Assembly: GCA_013042375.1 (NCBI GenBank)
Contig: JABDQH010000030.1
Location: 16,800-80,799, forward strand
From: Woeseiaceae bacterium
GTDB lineage: Bacteria > Pseudomonadota > Gammaproteobacteria > Steroidobacterales > Woeseiaceae
Direction: 5' to 3'
Length of the DNA: 64,000 nt
Positions within the stretch are counted from its first letter, which is position 1, and each line of letters starts with the position of its first letter. Of the stretch, positions 18,999 to 27,000 are shown in pieces. Both the position numbers and the translations under genes were made by a program. The notes under the pieces are model-generated. The model was not told the DNA's origin. It did no database searches and saw nothing but the letters and a program-made list of their open reading frames with translations.

Positions 18999-19339
18999 TT
19001 GCTTATAGCCGGGAAAGGTGTGCTATATTACCGCCCGGAGCGGTTCCGGCATACCGGCCGAGACCCTCCAATCGACTGTTTTTGTCGGTCCCGCGATCCT
19101 CCGGGACCTGATTTCAGATGGCAGCAAGCACGGAATCCGGCCTGCGCCACGGCTGCGAAGCCGCAGGGAAATCATGCTGATAGTTTTCGTGGCTCTGACC
19201 ACTGTAGGTCGGGCCCTTGCAGAGTTGGTGAATCCTGATCACGACGCAATCCGGCGTCGTGTGCCCTCGCATGAACTTCCCTGCGCCCGCCCGGCGCCGC
19301 GTCCCGTCGTGCTGTCCTCCACAAGACAAGTAGGACAAC
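18999..19339 (+). promoter_or_regulatory. rne promoter (TTGCTT ... TGc-TATATT extended -10) and long structured 5' leader
   Basis: 347-nt ORF-free gap before rne. Extended -10 TGCTATATT at 19021-19029. Several GC-rich hairpins. E. coli rne has an autoregulatory leader of similar length. Confidence 0.45.
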
Positions 19340-21928
19340 ATGAAAAGAATGCTCATCAATGCGACTCAACAAGAAGAGTTGCGCATGGCAATGGTCGACG
19401 GCCAACGCCTCTACGACCTCAACATCGAAGCACCGGCTAGCGAACGCAAGAAAGCCAATATCTACCTCGGTAAGATCACGCGCATCGAGCCCAGCCTCGA
19501 AGCGGCGTTCGTCGACTATGGTGCGGAGCGCCACGGCTTCCTGCCGCTCAAGGAGGTTTCCAGCGAATACTTCTCGGGCGACGGCAAAGGCGGCGGCAGA
19601 CCCAATATCAAGGACGTGCTCAAGGAAGGCCAGAGTATCGTCGTGCAGGTGGACAAGGAAGAGCGCGGCAACAAGGGTGCCGCCCTAACAACCTTCGTCA
19701 GCCTGGCAGGGCGCTTCATCGTCCTGAAGCCGAACAAGGCACGCTCGGGTGGCGTCTCGCGGCGCATCGTCGGGCAGGACCGGGACGCGGCACGCAAGGC
19801 CCTGAACTCGATCGAAGTCCCCGACGACATGAGCGTCATCCTGCGCACGGCGGGCATAGACCGCAGCGCCGAGGAACTCGCCTGGGACCTCGAGAACCTG
19901 CTGACCGTCTGGACGGCGATTCTCAACGTCGTACTCGAACGACCGGCGCCATTCCTGATCTATCGTGAAAGCGACTCGGTCGTGCGCGCGCTGCGCGACT
20001 ACCTGACGAACGACATCGGCGAAATCCTCATCGATGACGAACAGACCTACAAGGACGCCTGCGAACACGTCGCGACGACGATGCCGCACAACTCCAAGAG
20101 GCTCAAGCACTACACGGACCCGGTGCCGCTGTTCACGCGCTTCCAGATCGAGTCCCAGATCGAATCGGCGTTCGCGCACACGGTTCACCTGCCCTCGGGC
20201 GGCAGCATCGTGATCGATCATACCGAGGCGCTGGTCTCGATCGACATCAACTCGGCGAGAGCCACCAAGGGCGGTGATATCGAGGCGACGGCGCTCAACA
20301 CCAACCTCGAAGCGGCCGAGGAAATCGCACGCCAGTTGCGCATCCGCGACCTGGGCGGTCTCATCGTCATCGATTTCATCGACATGGGCCCGTCGAAGCA
20401 CCAGCGCGACGTCGAGAACCGGCTGCGCGAAGCCGTGCGCCAGGACCGTGCGCGCGTGCAGATAGGCAAGATCAGCCGCTTCGGCCTGCTCGAGATGTCA
20501 CGGCAGCGCCTGCGCCCATCGATTGGCGAATCGGCGCATATGACCTGCCCGCGCTGCACCGGCTTCGGCAACATCCGCAGCGTCGAGTCGCTTGCGCTCG
20601 CCATCCTGCGTATCGTCGGCGAGGAAGCGCGCAAGGAACGCACGGCAAAGGTCATTGCCCAGCTGCCGGTCGAGGTGTCGACCTATCTGCTCAATGAGAA
20701 GCGCGACTGGGTGCAAAGCCTCGAAGACAGCAACGACACGCAAATCGTGCTCGTCGCCAACCCACTACTCGAGACGCCGCACTACGAAGTGCGCCGCGTG
20801 CGTGACGACCAGATCGAATTGCCGGAGAACGCGGGCGTCAGTTACACGCTGACCGACTCGGAAAGCGAACCCGAGACGCCCCAGGCGATTCTCGAGCGCA
20901 AGAACATTGAAGTCCCGGCCGTCGGGACGCTGAAGCCGTCGACACCGGCGCCGAAGCGTGCGATGCCCGAGGAGCCCGAAAAGCCCAGGGGCAAGGGCCT
21001 GTTCGCGACCATCCTGTCGCTGTTCACGGGTGGCGAGGACGAGAAGAAGGAGAAGCCACAACAGCGGCGCAAGAAGGCCGCCCAACCGACTCGTGGACGA
21101 CGCGGCCAGCAACAGAAGCGCCGTGGCGACGAGACCAGAGGCCAGCAGCAGCGCAAGAAGACGCAGAAGAAACAGGCGAAGAAGCCGCAGCAGAAGAAGA
21201 GCACCACGCGCAAGAAGCAGACGCAGAAGAGACAACAGCCGAAGCAACAGAAGCAGGAGTCAGCCGCGGAGACGACGCGGGACGAGGCACAGGCCGAAGC
21301 CACGCGCTCCTCGCGCAGCCGTCGCAGCCGCGGTGGCCGTCGTCGCCGTCGCGGTGGCGATCGCCCGGCGCAGGGCCAGGAGGCCACGCAGCAGGCGAGT
21401 AGCGACGCACAGCAGAAGGCGGCGAAGCCAACACCCAAGGACGGACCCAGGGATGCACCGGCGCGTTCCGCAGAGAAGGCGCCGAAGCGCGATGCCAAAT
21501 CGGCAGGAGACGGGGCTCCGTCTGCGGACAAGTCCTCGAGCGCCCCCAGGGCCCGCACCGACGCGGAGCCCGCCCCCGACGCGAGCAAGACCGAGGGTAC
21601 CGCGCCGCGCAAGGCGCCCAGGTTTGATGAAGCGTCGGAGCGTGCCAAAGAGTCGAAGCCAGAGTCAAAGGCCAGGCCGGAACCGGAGTCGAAGCCGAAA
21701 CCGGAGTCGAAGCCACGCTCGGAGTCGAAGCCGAAACCGGCCGAGAAGGCTGCGAGCGGCAATGGTCCCGACGCGCCGGCGAAACCCAAGCTGTTGCCGT
21801 GGGAACCGCAGTCGTTGCCGGTCGCTGCGAAACCGGCGCCGAAGCCGGCTGAGAAGACCGACGACAAGCCGGCGCCCAAGCCCCGGCCCGAGCCAAAGCC
21901 GGCCGATTCGGGCCAGGAGTCGGGCTGA
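19340..21928 (+). CDS. rne: Ribonuclease E
   Basis: 862 aa. N-terminal catalytic half (MKRMLINATQQEELRMAMVDGQRLYDLNIE, S1 domain, CPxCxGxG Zn-link). Arg/Lys/Gln/Pro-rich low-complexity C-terminal scaffold. Confidence 0.93.
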   Translation: MKRMLINATQQEELRMAMVDGQRLYDLNIEAPASERKKANIYLGKITRIEPSLEAAFVDYGAERHGFLPLKEVSSEYFSGDGKGGGRPNIKDVLKEGQSIVVQVDKEERGNKGAALTTFVSLAGRFIVLKPNKARSGGVSRRIVGQDRDAARKALNSIEVPDDMSVILRTAGIDRSAEELAWDLENLLTVWTAILNVVLERPAPFLIYRESDSVVRALRDYLTNDIGEILIDDEQTYKDACEHVATTMPHNSKRLKHYTDPVPLFTRFQIESQIESAFAHTVHLPSGGSIVIDHTEALVSIDINSARATKGGDIEATALNTNLEAAEEIARQLRIRDLGGLIVIDFIDMGPSKHQRDVENRLREAVRQDRARVQIGKISRFGLLEMSRQRLRPSIGESAHMTCPRCTGFGNIRSVESLALAILRIVGEEARKERTAKVIAQLPVEVSTYLLNEKRDWVQSLEDSNDTQIVLVANPLLETPHYEVRRVRDDQIELPENAGVSYTLTDSESEPETPQAILERKNIEVPAVGTLKPSTPAPKRAMPEEPEKPRGKGLFATILSLFTGGEDEKKEKPQQRRKKAAQPTRGRRGQQQKRRGDETRGQQQRKKTQKKQAKKPQQKKSTTRKKQTQKRQQPKQQKQESAAETTRDEAQAEATRSSRSRRSRGGRRRRRGGDRPAQGQEATQQASSDAQQKAAKPTPKDGPRDAPARSAEKAPKRDAKSAGDGAPSADKSSSAPRARTDAEPAPDASKTEGTAPRKAPRFDEASERAKESKPESKARPEPESKPKPESKPRSESKPKPAEKAASGNGPDAPAKPKLLPWEPQSLPVAAKPAPKPAEKTDDKPAPKPRPEPKPADSGQESG
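21649..21740 (+). repeat. Tandem in-frame GAGTCGAAGCC-containing repeats (ESKP(K/R)P units) in the RNase E C-terminus
   Basis: Four copies of GAGTCGAAGCC plus a diverged copy, encoding KESKPESKARPEPESKPKPESKPRSESKPKP. Confidence 0.7.
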
Positions 21929-21936
21929 AGCGCCCT

Positions 21937-22401
21937 CTAGATACGTTTGAGCGTCTCGAGTAATCCTCGAGACGCTTCCTCCACGAGGTCGAGTACGTGC
22001 TCGAAGCCAGCCGTGCCCCCGTAATAGGGATCGGGCACCTCTGTCTCATGCGTGTCGGCAAACTCGAGGAACAGTCGCAGCTTCGCCAGGTGCTCTTCGG
22101 GGGAATCTCGCCGCAAGCGCGCGAGATTGTCCTCGTCCATCGCAAGAATGTAATCGAAGCGCTCATAGTCGTCGCTGCTCACGCGGCGCGCGCAAATGCC
22201 TTGCAGCGAAATACCGCGGCGTTCGGCAGCCGCCCTCGCCCGGTGATCGGCCGGCTCGCCAACGTGGTACGCATGGGTGCCGGCAGAATCGATATGCAGG
22301 CGCTCGATCAGGCCTGATTGTTCGGCATGATGGCGAAACACACCCTCCGCAGTTGGCGAACGGCATATGTTGCCCATGCAAACAAATAAAACCGCTGTCA
22401 C
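21937..22401 (-). CDS. Low-molecular-weight protein-tyrosine phosphatase
   Basis: P-loop VLFVCMGNICRSP and a DPYYGG motif. GTG start at 22401 is preceded by AGGAG at 9-nt spacing. The ORF-track 324-aa extension has no coding support. Confidence 0.8.
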   Translation of the reverse strand: MTAVLFVCMGNICRSPTAEGVFRHHAEQSGLIERLHIDSAGTHAYHVGEPADHRARAAAERRGISLQGICARRVSSDDYERFDYILAMDEDNLARLRRDSPEEHLAKLRLFLEFADTHETEVPDPYYGGTAGFEHVLDLVEEASRGLLETLKRI

Positions 22402-22495
22402 TGCGATGTTCTCCTGTATTTGTTCTGAATCGGACTCTGTCGAATGGCGCAAGATTAGAGCATTTTTGCGCAAACTTCGCGAAGAAATCCGGGAC

Positions 22496-22513
22496 TGTGC
22501 ATGAGAACTTACA
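22496..22513. promoter_or_regulatory. GacA/UvrY-box-like element TGTGCA-N6-CTTACA
   Basis: TGTGCATGAGAACTTACA compared with the consensus TGTAAG-N6-CTTACA. The right half is perfect and the left half is TGT only. About 85-100 nt upstream of the putative ncRNA 5' end. Confidence 0.3.
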
Positions 22514-22597
22514 TGAAGATCGGGTGGCAAGATTCTGTGTTGGAGAAGAACGCAATTGCAGCGGTAAAAAGTAACATCTGAAAGAATTGCATCACGC

Positions 22598-22976
22598 GGG
22601 GAAGCGGCTAAGTTCGACCTTGGGGCTTTGCCCCACGCGCCAACAAGTTCGCTTGTTGACAACCGCCCTGCTGGCAAGGGTCCGAGCCTTGACAGGTGCC
22701 GGGGGCGGTGGATGCGAACGGCAGAACTGTTTGTGGATACCGAAAGCGAAAGCCTGAAACCGCAACAGACAGAACGAACGGATTGAGCTCGGACAGCGAT
22801 TGGTTCGTCATGCCCCGGGTAGCCCGGCACCAAGAGTGATTCCGGAACCGGTGCAGGACTCGCGGACCGAGAGGAAAGTGGGAAACGCATAAGGGAAACG
22901 AAGAACGACAAAGCAGTACTACTCGCAGCATCCTCAAACTAATAAGGCGGTTTCGAAAGAGACCGCCTTATTTTTT
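22598..22976 (+). ncRNA. Unassigned structured non-coding RNA candidate (possible CsrB/Rsm-like protein-sponge sRNA); 5' end approximate
   Basis: No credible ORF. Strong plus-strand terminator at the 3' end. Stable hairpins at 22621-22635, at 22641-22658 (UUCG loop), a 22662-22668/22703-22709 pairing, and 22859-22871 (CGGAC loop). Ten GGA triplets in 22708-22900. Tandem GGGAAACG at 22880 and 22893. Confidence 0.5.
22943..22976 (+). terminator. Rho-independent terminator (usable in both directions; better T-tract on plus strand)
   Basis: TAAGGCGGT-(10 nt)-ACCGCCTTA 9-bp stem followed by TTTTTT. It lies 58 nt beyond the convergent kdsB stop. Confidence 0.8.
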
Positions 22977-23033
22977 GGCCATGGATGGCCTTATGCCGCG
23001 GAGCACATGGATGTGCGAGAGCGGCGTTCGCCG

Positions 23034-23780
23034 TTACTGCGTGAGCTCCGCTTCCACCCTGGCGATGTCCTCTGGGATATCCACACCGGCGCCGGGCCTC
23101 TGGCTCGGCACGCCGACGGCAATCGTCATGCCCAGCGCCAGCGCGCGCAGCTGCTCCAGCTGCTCACAGATCTCGAGCTCGCTTGGCTCGGCCGCGACAA
23201 GTCTGCGCAGTACGCCGCAGCGATAAGCGTAGATACCGTGATGGTGCAGCGCAGCTCGTGAAGCTCGCTCGCCGCTGACCGCATCGCGAGGATACGGAAT
23301 CGTTGCACGACTGAAGTAAATCGCGTGATGCTGCGCGTCGCGAACGACCTTGACACAGTTCGGACTCTGGAAGTCGGCTTGCGAGGCGAATGGTGATGCC
23401 AGGGTGGCAATGTCCGCGGATGCATCTTCCAGCAGGCCGGCACACTCGTCGATGAGCTGCGCCGGCATCGTCGGTTCGTCGCCCTGCAGGTTGACGACGA
23501 TGCGCTCGTCCGCCCAGTCGAGCAGATCGGCCACCTCGGCAATACGCTCGGTTCCCGAGCGATGGTGGCCGCCTGTCATGCAGACGACCGCGCCGAAGGC
23601 CTCGGCGGCCGCGGCGATGCGCTCGTCGTCGGTCGCAATCACGACTTCGTCCGCCTTGCTCTCGCGGGCGCGCTCCCACACATGACGGATCATGGGGCTG
23701 CCCGCTATGGTCGCGAGAGGCTTGCCGGGCAGACGTTGCGACGCGTAACGGGCCGGGATGACGACGGCGAAATCAGCCAT
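23034..23780 (-). CDS. kdsB: 3-deoxy-manno-octulosonate cytidylyltransferase (CMP-KDO synthetase)
   Basis: MADFAVVIPARYASQRLPGKPL N-terminus. ATG at 23780 overlaps the lpxK 3' end by 8 nt. Confidence 0.9.
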   Translation of the reverse strand: MADFAVVIPARYASQRLPGKPLATIAGSPMIRHVWERARESKADEVVIATDDERIAAAAEAFGAVVCMTGGHHRSGTERIAEVADLLDWADERIVVNLQGDEPTMPAQLIDECAGLLEDASADIATLASPFASQADFQSPNCVKVVRDAQHHAIYFSRATIPYPRDAVSGERASRAALHHHGIYAYRCGVLRRLVAAEPSELEICEQLEQLRALALGMTIAVGVPSQRPGAGVDIPEDIARVEAELTQ

Positions 23781-24816
23781 CGCCGGCCTGCCTTGCGCGT
23801 ACGCGCGATTCAATCTGTTCGAGCAACGGCGCCGCGTCGAGGGGGTCGATGCTGAAATCGACGGGTACGTACCAGAATTTGTCTTCCATGCTGCGCCCGA
23901 GTTTAACGGCATCTTTCTCCGTCATGAACACGTCGAAGTCGTCGCCGAACTCGAGGTCGCCGGCGCGCAGCTTCGCATGATCGGGAAGACGGTGTTCGAT
24001 GACCTGGATGCCCTGTGCGCGCAGCAAATCGAAAAAACGCTGCGGGTTACCAATGCCCGCGACGGCGTGCACGGTCGTGCCGCCGAAACGCTCGATGGCG
24101 CGGGTTAACGACCCGTTCAGGCGACAGGCCTCCACCGTGAGCAACTCGAAAGAGATCGCATTCTGCTCGGCCACGGTCGGCTCGCAGTCTGCGGCGCGCA
24201 GCCGGCCATTGACCAGGACCTGTTCGACATCGTCGAGTCGCCGCACGGTTTCGCGCAGCGGCCCCGCCGGCAGTAAGCGGCGGTTGCCGAGCCCCCGCAC
24301 ACCGTCAACAACGCAGATTTCATAGTCGCGCGCGAGACGATAATGCTGCAGGCCATCATCAGCGACGACAACGTCGACCCCGTCCTCGACGAGCATCTCG
24401 GCCGCCCGAACACGATCGGGATCGACGACGACCGGGCAGCGCGCGCGACGCGCGAGCAACACCGGCTCATCGCCGACGACGACGGCGTCGCTGTCCGGCT
24501 CGACACGCATCGACGTGCCGGACTGGCTGCCGCCGTAGCCGCGGCTGACTATGCCAGGACTGAAGCCCCGGCGTTTCAGCTCCTCGACCAGCCACAGCAC
24601 GGTCGGCGTCTTGCCGGTTCCCCCGGCCGTGATATTGCCGACGATAACCACGGGCACCGTCGCTCGCCGTACACGCAGTACGCCGCGATCGTAAAGGTAC
24701 TTGCGAATAATGATGACGAACCAGTACAACGCGCTCAGCGGCAGCAGTATCCAGCCGAAGCGCCCGCCGTCGTACCAGACGCGATGCAGCCAGTTGTACG
24801 TCGGCCCCGCGCTCAC
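23773..24816 (-). CDS. lpxK: Tetraacyldisaccharide 4'-kinase
   Basis: 347 aa; P-loop VGNITAGGTGKTP. GTG start overlapping the msbA stop (GTGA). Confidence 0.87.
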   Translation of the reverse strand: MSAGPTYNWLHRVWYDGGRFGWILLPLSALYWFVIIIRKYLYDRGVLRVRRATVPVVIVGNITAGGTGKTPTVLWLVEELKRRGFSPGIVSRGYGGSQSGTSMRVEPDSDAVVVGDEPVLLARRARCPVVVDPDRVRAAEMLVEDGVDVVVADDGLQHYRLARDYEICVVDGVRGLGNRRLLPAGPLRETVRRLDDVEQVLVNGRLRAADCEPTVAEQNAISFELLTVEACRLNGSLTRAIERFGGTTVHAVAGIGNPQRFFDLLRAQGIQVIEHRLPDHAKLRAGDLEFGDDFDVFMTEKDAVKLGRSMEDKFWYVPVDFSIDPLDAAPLLEQIESRVRARQAGDG

Positions 24817-26570
24817 GCGTCACCCGACCCATCGCTGAATTGCATACGATACAGGGCCGCGTAATGCCCGCCCTGCGCCAGTAGCTCGGCATGCGTTCCC
24901 GATTCTATGATCTTGCCCGCATCGAGCACGATGATCCTGTCGGCCCCCTCGACAGTGGACAGGCGATGCGCGATGACGAGCGTCGTCCGATCCCGCATGA
25001 GGTTACCGAGCGCTTCCTGGATGCGGCGCTCCGACTGGGTGTCGAGCGCGGAAGTCGCCTCATCGAGAATCAGCACGGGGGCATTCTTGAGCAGGGCGCG
25101 GCCGATCGCGACGCGCTGCCGCTGGCCGCCGGACAACAGTGCGCCGCGCTCGCCAACCTGCGTGTCGAGTCCATCGGGCAGGTTCCGCGCGAAATCCATA
25201 ACATGGGCCGCCTCCGCAGCGGCCAGGACCTCTTCATCGGTGTAGTCGCCGCCATAGATCAGGTTGGCGCGAATCGAATCGTTGAACAGCGTGACGTCCT
25301 GGCTGACCAGCGCGATGTTGCTGCGCAAGCTGAGCAACGAGTAGTCGCCAATCGACACACCGTCGAGCCGGATCGTGCCGGAATCCGGATCATAGAAGCG
25401 CGGCAAAAGACTCGCGAGCGTCGTCTTGCCGCTGCCCGAGTGGCCGACCACGGCCAGCGTCGTGCCTGCGGGCACATCGACGCTGATGCCTTTGATGACC
25501 GGCCCTTCCTTGTCGCCGTATGCGAATCGGACTGCGTCAAAAGACACGTCGCCGTGCACGCGCTCCGCCTCGTAGGTGCCGCCGTCCACTTCGTCGTCTT
25601 CGTCCATAATTGAGAACAGGCTGTGGGCGCCGGCGACCCCTCTCTGCAGTGTTGCGTTGACATTCGTAATGCGCCGTACGGGCTGCAGCATGAGCATCAT
25701 CGCCGAGAAGAACGCGATGAACTGGCCGGCCGTCAACTGACCCTTGACGGACTCGCGTGCCGCGACCGCGATCACCAGCGCAATGCCTAAGCCGAATACC
25801 GTCTGGGTCACGGCCGTGCCCAAAGAGCGGACGCGAATGAGCTTGAGGTTTTGTCGAAAGTTGCGGAATTCCGCATCGCTGAAACGGGAGCGCTCGTAAT
25901 CGTATCCACCGAACGCCTTGACGACACGATTGCCGCGCACGACTTCGTCCGTGACCTGGGTGACCTCACCGATCGTATCCTGGATGCGCCCGCTGTAGCG
26001 GCGGAACGCGATGCCGAGCAGGCGCACGAGCAATGCCACGATCGGGAACAGGAGGGCAACGAAGATCGTGAGCTTGGGACTGAACCACAGCATGACGGCA
26101 AACGCCGCAATGACTGTCAGCACGTCACGTACAGCGATCGTAACGACACTCGTAACGGACTCGGCCACCATCTCGACGTTATACGACATGCGTGACAGCA
26201 GCGGCCCGGACGCCTGCGTGTCAAAGAAACGCGCGGGCAGCGTCAGTAGCTTGCCGAAGACTTCGAGGCGCAGGTCACTGATGACGCGTCGCCCGATCCA
26301 GCCCAGCGACGCCTCGGTGCCGAAGCCGAATAAGCCGCGCAGAATGAATATCCCGACGAAAGCGTAGGGAATCCAGCGCGACGTCTCGAGGCTCCTGGCA
26401 ACGAGTGCCTCGTCGGTGAGCGGCGCCAGCAACGACACGAGGCCGGCCTCGACCACGGCAGTGCCCGCCATGCACACAACCGCAGCGAAACCCACCAATT
26501 GGTGCGGCGTGACGTACTTCCAAAGGCGCCCGAAAACGACGCGTATCTGGGGGTCTATGCGGTTCGCCAC
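24813..26570 (-). CDS. msbA: Lipid A export ABC transporter MsbA
   Basis: Six-TM domain plus NBD (GHSGSGKTT, LSGGQRQR, ILDEATSALD). Start set to GTG 26570, 1 nt after the exbD stop, giving an MsbA-typical length. The ORF-track start would overlap exbD by 62 nt. Confidence 0.85.
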   Translation of the reverse strand: MANRIDPQIRVVFGRLWKYVTPHQLVGFAAVVCMAGTAVVEAGLVSLLAPLTDEALVARSLETSRWIPYAFVGIFILRGLFGFGTEASLGWIGRRVISDLRLEVFGKLLTLPARFFDTQASGPLLSRMSYNVEMVAESVTSVVTIAVRDVLTVIAAFAVMLWFSPKLTIFVALLFPIVALLVRLLGIAFRRYSGRIQDTIGEVTQVTDEVVRGNRVVKAFGGYDYERSRFSDAEFRNFRQNLKLIRVRSLGTAVTQTVFGLGIALVIAVAARESVKGQLTAGQFIAFFSAMMLMLQPVRRITNVNATLQRGVAGAHSLFSIMDEDDEVDGGTYEAERVHGDVSFDAVRFAYGDKEGPVIKGISVDVPAGTTLAVVGHSGSGKTTLASLLPRFYDPDSGTIRLDGVSIGDYSLLSLRSNIALVSQDVTLFNDSIRANLIYGGDYTDEEVLAAAEAAHVMDFARNLPDGLDTQVGERGALLSGGQRQRVAIGRALLKNAPVLILDEATSALDTQSERRIQEALGNLMRDRTTLVIAHRLSTVEGADRIIVLDAGKIIESGTHAELLAQGGHYAALYRMQFSDGSGDA

Positions 26571-26571
26571 A

Positions 26572-26994
26572 TCACTCGACCGGGTCGTTGACCGTCGCGA
26601 TACCGATCTTCGTGAAACCGAGCCGCCCCGCAACGTCCATTGCCGTCACGACGTCCTGGTGCCGCGCATTGGCGTCGGCGCTGATCGTCAGGGGCAGATC
26701 GTTGCGTCCCGCGGCCACTCTCTGCAACGCATTGCGAATCGTCTCGGCACGATTATTGATGAGCTCACGGCCATTGACCAGGTAGCTGCCCGACGCCGTG
26801 ATCAGGATGTCGATCCGCTCGGGCGCTTCGTCGACGACCGGCGTGGATTGCGCCTCCGGCAGGCTAATCGAAATCTGCGACTGCTTCACGAAACTCGTCG
26901 AAACCATGAAGAAAATAAGCAGCAGGAAGACGACGTCGATCAACGACGTCAGGTTGACCTCGGGGTCGGTGCGTTGCCGCAGGCTCAGTTTCAC
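26572..26994 (-). CDS. exbD: ExbD/TolR-family biopolymer transport protein
   Basis: 140 aa; EVNLTSLIDVVFLLLIFFMV TM segment typical of ExbD/TolR. GTG start. Confidence 0.8.
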   Translation of the reverse strand: MKLSLRQRTDPEVNLTSLIDVVFLLLIFFMVSTSFVKQSQISISLPEAQSTPVVDEAPERIDILITASGSYLVNGRELINNRAETIRNALQRVAAGRNDLPLTISADANARHQDVVTAMDVAGRLGFTKIGIATVNDPVE

Positions 26995-27000
26995 GTGCTT

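Noticed and set aside
21649-21740. Tandem repeats considered as a possible CRISPR-like or VNTR element.
   Set aside because: The repeats are 18-19 nt, directly abutting without spacers, in frame inside rne, and encode a peptide repeat. No cas genes or spacer architecture are present.
20842-22166. Long ORFs on the opposite strand and in alternate frames across the rne 3' half (345, 380 and 330 aa).
   Set aside because: These are low-complexity Arg/Ser/Pro-rich translations produced by the repetitive GC-rich RNase E scaffold region. They have no start context or domain signal.
22524-22538. Sigma-54-like TGGCAA-N5-TGTG upstream of the ncRNA candidate (CrcZ-type control).
   Set aside because: The nearly invariant -12 GC is replaced (TG) and the -24 element is TGGCAA. 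CrcZ-type RNAs are restricted to Pseudomonadaceae and sit next to cbrB, which is not the case here.
22598-22640. tmRNA-like 5' end: GGGGAAGCGGCUAAGUUCGAC resembles the E. coli ssrA 5' acceptor/D-loop region GGGGCUGAUUCUGGAUUCGAC. A UAAUAA double stop at 22938-22943 could close a tag-like frame (...NDKAVLLAASSN).
   Set aside because: There is no T-arm, no complementary 3' acceptor strand (CUUCCCC) and no CCA anywhere downstream or upstream, so it is not a one-piece or permuted tmRNA. The putative tag does not end in the usual hydrophobic ...AA and lies at the wrong distance from the 5' end.
22712-22786. 24-codon ORF (MRTAELFVDTESESLKPQQTERTD) inside the non-coding locus.
   Set aside because: It has a weak, G-run-only ribosome-binding context, lies within predicted strong secondary structure, and shows no recognisable peptide family. 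It is more economically explained as chance.
22670-22880. RNase P RNA-like fragments (GUCCGAGCC...CAGGUGCC, CCCGGGUAG, GAGGAAAGUG, ACAGAAC).
   Set aside because: The fragments are in the wrong order relative to bacterial type A RNase P. The universally conserved GGAAAGUCCGGGC, GGUAAGAGC and ACAGAANCCGGCUUA blocks are not present intact.
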